Shown piece by piece: positions 49,253 to 52,987 of a DNA stretch of 52,987 nucleotides (its first letter is position 1; each line of letters starts with the position of its first letter). The stretch is from assembly GCA_964611725.1 (NCBI GenBank), contig CAZTBA010000002.1, positions 1 through 52,987 on the forward strand, given 5' to 3'. Made by a program: the position numbers and the translations under genes. The stretch is from an uncultured bacterium. GTDB lineage: Bacteria; Latescibacterota; CAZTBA01. Below the pieces are notes generated by a model. That model had not been told where the DNA came from. It searched no databases and saw only the letters and a program-made list of their open reading frames with translations.

Positions 49253-51841
49253 ATGAGACCTGTCCTGAGATTTTCAGCGGCCATTATGCTATCCATATCC
49301 TCGATCTGGGGCATCTGTGAGTGTGAAATCGTGGAAAACAAGGATTCTCAGTTCGGAGGATTGCACTGTACCTTAGACATGCTCCTTGGCACCGGGATGA
49401 AGTGGTTCAGGTACGATATGGAGTGGCAAGCTGTGGAGAGTAACAAAGGCGAATTCAGGTTCGGAGAGATGGATAGTGTTACAAATGAGATGGTCAGTAA
49501 CGACATAAATATCCTCGGGATACTGGAATATCCCCCCTGCTGGGCCGCCGAAGTTCCCGAAGGTCATACGGGCTACTGCGGTAACCTCCCCCCCAAAAGG
49601 CTCGAGGACTGGGAAAATTACGTTTACAATATGGTCGACCATTTCAAAGACAGGGTCAAATACTGGGAGGTATGGAATGAACCGAATATTGGCTTCCTGA
49701 AGGCCCCGCCGGAGAGATACTCCGAAATACTGAAAAGCGCATATATTACGGCCAAAAAGGCGGACCCGGACTGTAAGATCGTAGGCTGCTCCACTTCGGG
49801 TATAGATGTCCCTTTCATTAAAAGGATATATCAATGCGGAGGTAAGAATTATTTCGATATACTGTCCATACACCCCTACAGAAACCTGACGGATTTCGAG
49901 CCGAACTTTATCCGGGACATCAAAAAGCTCAGAAGTCTCATGATATCTTACGGCGATCACGAAAAGCCAGTGTGGTCAGATGAATGGCGGGCAAAGGGGG
50001 ATGGCCTGGAAAAGGCCGAGAATCTGGTAAAAATGTACGTGTTGAATTTCGCATATGGAGTGGATAAGATCTTCCAGTTTCAGGCATATAAACTATATCC
50101 CGGCTTCGCGTATGTGGCACACAGGATGATGGTTAACCTTCTCGAAGGTGCTGCCTATGTCGGAAAGCTCGATCTCGGAAAGGATGTCTATGCTTTCGTG
50201 TTCTACAGGGACGATCCGGTGGTAGTAATATGGGCATCGCGGGGAGACAGATGGGTTGACTTCGATGCGGGATCTGAAGATATAGAGCTTATTAAGGTCA
50301 CAGGCGAAGTCACTCAGATGGTCACTTTTGAAGGAAATGCCCACCTTCTGGCAACTCAAACACCTCTGTTTATAACTGACATATCTCTAGACATAGTTGG
50401 TGAGATCCTAAAAAGCCAGATATTATTCTGTGCAAACAGCTTGATTGATAGAATCGGCTCGGACTTATCTAATTCCCGCTATGGTTCAGAACTTTCAACG
50501 CGGGATATCCTGATTCTATCCGAGAATGCGGAGGAAAACTCCTTTTCCCTCATGGATAGAATTCACACCCTGAGACGGGAGATCATAGATCTTGAGGGAC
50601 AGGGAAAACTCTCCCTGGATATATCGAACGAATTATCGAGATTGACAGATGAGATGATAGATAACACTGTTAGATTGGAGGAATGTAAAGCAGAGATTGA
50701 AGAAGAAACATCCGTGGAGCATAGGAAAATCAGGCAATTTATGGAATCAGCCGAAAGGAAAATCAGGAGAGCCGAGCAGAAGATTGAAAGCAAAAGCGGA
50801 AACAGGCTGAGCATCTTGGAACGAACAGAAAGGCTCAAAAAGAAATCTGAGTTCTATCTCACCTCTGCCGCCGAATCTTTTGACTTCGGAAACTACTACA
50901 TGTCTCTTATCTACTCACTAAACAGCGAAAAATACGCCGATCAGGCAGAACTCATGGCCTCACTTGAAACCGGACAATTGCTCGATCTGTGGATTATCCC
51001 TGAAGCAGATAGCAACTTGCCTGACAGCCTTGCCAGGATAGATGCCCCGGCGAACCTTCATCCGAGAAGTGCCTGGCCCAGAATAGTTGCCAAAGGATCG
51101 TCGTTTGGCCTGATAATCAAGGTCGATAACAGGGACACGGAATCCCTGGAAGGGGATGTCGAGCTGATAGTACCGGACGGATGGAAATGCGAGAACAGGA
51201 AATTTGCCTTGGAGATTGAGGGGAAGTCCTGGAAAACTTACGCTCAAGATATCCATATCCCCGAAGGAATTTCCGGGGGAATCTATGAGATCGGGGTCCT
51301 GTTCAGATCGAACGGTTTCCTGAACAAAGCATCAGTCGATGTCGAAGTCGGAGCAAAGAGATTTTTGACTTCCTGGAACCTGCTTGGTACTTTTCCAAAC
51401 CATGATTGCGAGGGTTTCTGGGAGGAATACCCGCCTGAGAAAGGCGCACACCCGGATAGCGTTTACGTCCTCGGAGATCGTGAATACAGTTGGAGGAAAT
51501 ACGAATCACCTGATGGATTCATAGACCTGCAAAGTGTCTTTGGGGACCGCGATAGCACCGTCGCCTACGGGCTTAACTACATTGAGTCACCCGACAGGAG
51601 AAAGGTGGAGTTCCAGGTCGGAAGCGACGATGGAATAAGGATCTGGTTGAACGGCGAGATGATCATGGATAGACATGAACATGGAGCTGTGGAACTTAGG
51701 AACTATTCATCGACGGCCGAATTGCTTCCAGGATGGAATGAGCTCCTGGTGAAGATAGAGGAAGGCAAAGGGGATTGGGCTTTCTGTATATCTATCTCGG
51801 ATGCCAGGGATCTCCGTGTCTCTGCTCATCCAGCGGACTGA
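49253..51841 (+). CDS. Secreted multidomain clan GH-A glycoside hydrolase (GH39/GH5-like)
   Basis: Signal peptide; WEVWNEPN, SIHPY, WSDEW; helical middle; VPDGW Ig-like domain; GSDDG.RIWLNG...GWNELLVK C-terminal domain. Confidence 0.8.
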   Translation: MRPVLRFSAAIMLSISSIWGICECEIVENKDSQFGGLHCTLDMLLGTGMKWFRYDMEWQAVESNKGEFRFGEMDSVTNEMVSNDINILGILEYPPCWAAEVPEGHTGYCGNLPPKRLEDWENYVYNMVDHFKDRVKYWEVWNEPNIGFLKAPPERYSEILKSAYITAKKADPDCKIVGCSTSGIDVPFIKRIYQCGGKNYFDILSIHPYRNLTDFEPNFIRDIKKLRSLMISYGDHEKPVWSDEWRAKGDGLEKAENLVKMYVLNFAYGVDKIFQFQAYKLYPGFAYVAHRMMVNLLEGAAYVGKLDLGKDVYAFVFYRDDPVVVIWASRGDRWVDFDAGSEDIELIKVTGEVTQMVTFEGNAHLLATQTPLFITDISLDIVGEILKSQILFCANSLIDRIGSDLSNSRYGSELSTRDILILSENAEENSFSLMDRIHTLRREIIDLEGQGKLSLDISNELSRLTDEMIDNTVRLEECKAEIEEETSVEHRKIRQFMESAERKIRRAEQKIESKSGNRLSILERTERLKKKSEFYLTSAAESFDFGNYYMSLIYSLNSEKYADQAELMASLETGQLLDLWIIPEADSNLPDSLARIDAPANLHPRSAWPRIVAKGSSFGLIIKVDNRDTESLEGDVELIVPDGWKCENRKFALEIEGKSWKTYAQDIHIPEGISGGIYEIGVLFRSNGFLNKASVDVEVGAKRFLTSWNLLGTFPNHDCEGFWEEYPPEKGAHPDSVYVLGDREYSWRKYESPDGFIDLQSVFGDRDSTVAYGLNYIESPDRRKVEFQVGSDDGIRIWLNGEMIMDRHEHGAVELRNYSSTAELLPGWNELLVKIEEGKGDWAFCISISDARDLRVSAHPAD

Positions 51842-51844
51842 GAT

Positions 51845-51860
51845 TGGGGAAAATTCCCCA
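51845..51860 (+). terminator. Short hairpin after the GH gene
   Basis: TGGGGAA/TTCCCCA followed by T-rich sequence. Confidence 0.45.
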
Positions 51861-51893
51861 TACTTCTTTCGTTCAATAAGGACAAGATTTCAT

Positions 51894-51922
51894 TTGACGC
51901 GTAAAAGAAAGTATGTTAGATT
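51894..51922 (+). promoter_or_regulatory. Sigma70-type promoter with extended -10
   Basis: TTGACG-N17-TAGATT, with TG one base upstream of the -10. Confidence 0.7.
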
Positions 51923-51941
51923 TGGGATTGGAATTTCTAAA

Positions 51942-51961
51942 GCGACAACAGAGGTTGTCGC
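51942..51961. promoter_or_regulatory. Perfect palindrome (operator or 5' hairpin)
   Basis: GCGACAAC-AGAG-GTTGTCGC. Confidence 0.55.
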
Positions 51962-52017
51962 AAATTTAATTTTCGCCTTTGGGTGATATAACATGTTTCC
52001 GGTGAAGGAGTAGACCA

Positions 52018-52987
52018 ATGGATTTACGAGAAACATTCTCATCACCACCATCCGCTTACAGGGGCAAGCCCTTTTGGGCATGGAACGGTCTCCTGGAAGA
52101 GGAAGAGCTACGCCGCCAGATCCGAGTGTTCAGGGATATGGGACTGGGCGGAGGCTTTATGCATTCGAGGGTTGGTCTCGCCACTCCGTACCTATCCAAG
52201 GAGTGGTTCGATCTCATAAGAGCTTGTGCGGACGAAGCATCGAAAAACGGTATGGAGGCATGGCTTTACGATGAAGACCGTTGGGCTTCGGGAGCGGCCG
52301 GTGGTCTGGTTACCAAGGACCTGAGATATCGCGAGAGGTTCCTCGAAATGACGATTGCAGACCCCGGTTCCTTCAAACCTGAAGGGGATGAGCTGGCATT
52401 TTTCTTAGCTTCGGTGAACGGCAACACAGCAAGCGATTTTCGCAAGGTGAAGTTGTCCGACCTGTCCGACGCCGGTGAAGGGGAAAAAGCCCTGGCCTTC
52501 AGGCGTGTCCTGTCCGAGACATCCCCGTGGTGGAACGATCAGACCTATCTGGACACACTATCCAAGGACGCAGTTGCAAAGTTCATCGAAGTTACACACG
52601 ATGCTTACGCCCGTGAGGTAAGTGAGTACTTCGGCACAGTAATTCCCGGAATCTTTACGGACGAACCGAACCATAGCAATTTGAGCCTGAAGGGAGATTC
52701 GGGAAGAACGGCATGGACGGATACGCTTCCTCAGGTGTTCAAAGAGCTCCACGGCTATGACCTTATCCCTCACCTTCCCGAGTTGTTCTTTAAGATAGGC
52801 GATTCGGATTTCTCCAAGGTGCGCCACGATTACCACGATTGTCTGGCATATATGTTCACCCGAAGCTTCGGCAAGCAGATATTCGACTGGTGCGAGGAAC
52901 ATAATCTGCTTTCCACCGGCCACGTACTCGGCGAGAACGACCTTCGCAGCCAGACGTCAGTGGTCGCGAGTAGCATGAGGTTCTACG
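52018..52987 (+). CDS. GH106-like (alpha-L-rhamnosidase-like) glycoside hydrolase, runs off window; missing from ORF track
   Basis: Hand translation MDLRETFSSPPSAYRGKPFWAWNG...MHSRVGL...WLYDEDRWASGAAGG...GIFTDEP; RBS AAGGAG. Confidence 0.8.
   Translation, partial: MDLRETFSSPPSAYRGKPFWAWNGLLEEEELRRQIRVFRDMGLGGGFMHSRVGLATPYLSKEWFDLIRACADEASKNGMEAWLYDEDRWASGAAGGLVTKDLRYRERFLEMTIADPGSFKPEGDELAFFLASVNGNTASDFRKVKLSDLSDAGEGEKALAFRRVLSETSPWWNDQTYLDTLSKDAVAKFIEVTHDAYAREVSEYFGTVIPGIFTDEPNHSNLSLKGDSGRTAWTDTLPQVFKELHGYDLIPHLPELFFKIGDSDFSKVRHDYHDCLAYMFTRSFGKQIFDWCEEHNLLSTGHVLGENDLRSQTSVVASSMRFY

Noticed and set aside
1-52987. CRISPR arrays, rRNA, transposases, defence systems
   Set aside because: None seen on either strand

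Overview
Bacterial chromosome segment. About 1-28.4 kb (minus strand) is an intact core superoperon: tRNA-Thr/Tyr/Gly/Thr, tuf, rpmG, tRNA-Trp, secE, nusG, rplKAJL, rpoBC, rpsLG, fusA, a second tuf, the S10 and spc clusters, secY and a partial adk. Upstream on the same strand are queA-ispD-ispF-ddl-cysS, led by a HemC-like fusion protein that has lost its catalytic residues and by an HTH-PilZ gene. A five-gene sugar-processing operon follows (35.8-41.2 kb). From 41.4 kb the genes are on the plus strand: a TonB receptor-FmdE-ECF S-component operon with a NikR-like operator over its promoter, a block with different codon usage (beta-propeller, GH-like, UroD-family) and secreted/GH106-like hydrolases. 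An RpoC insert, a TonB receptor and a T9SS/FlgD-type C-terminal remnant suggest a diderm FCB-superphylum organism (inference). Best candidates for new biology: (1) the pseudo-HemC fusion with its structured leader and upstream HTH-PilZ gene, (2) the NikR-box TBDT-FmdE-ECF module, (3) the identical, cytosine-depleted tuf pair. All calls come from reading the sequence and motifs; no database searches were run.
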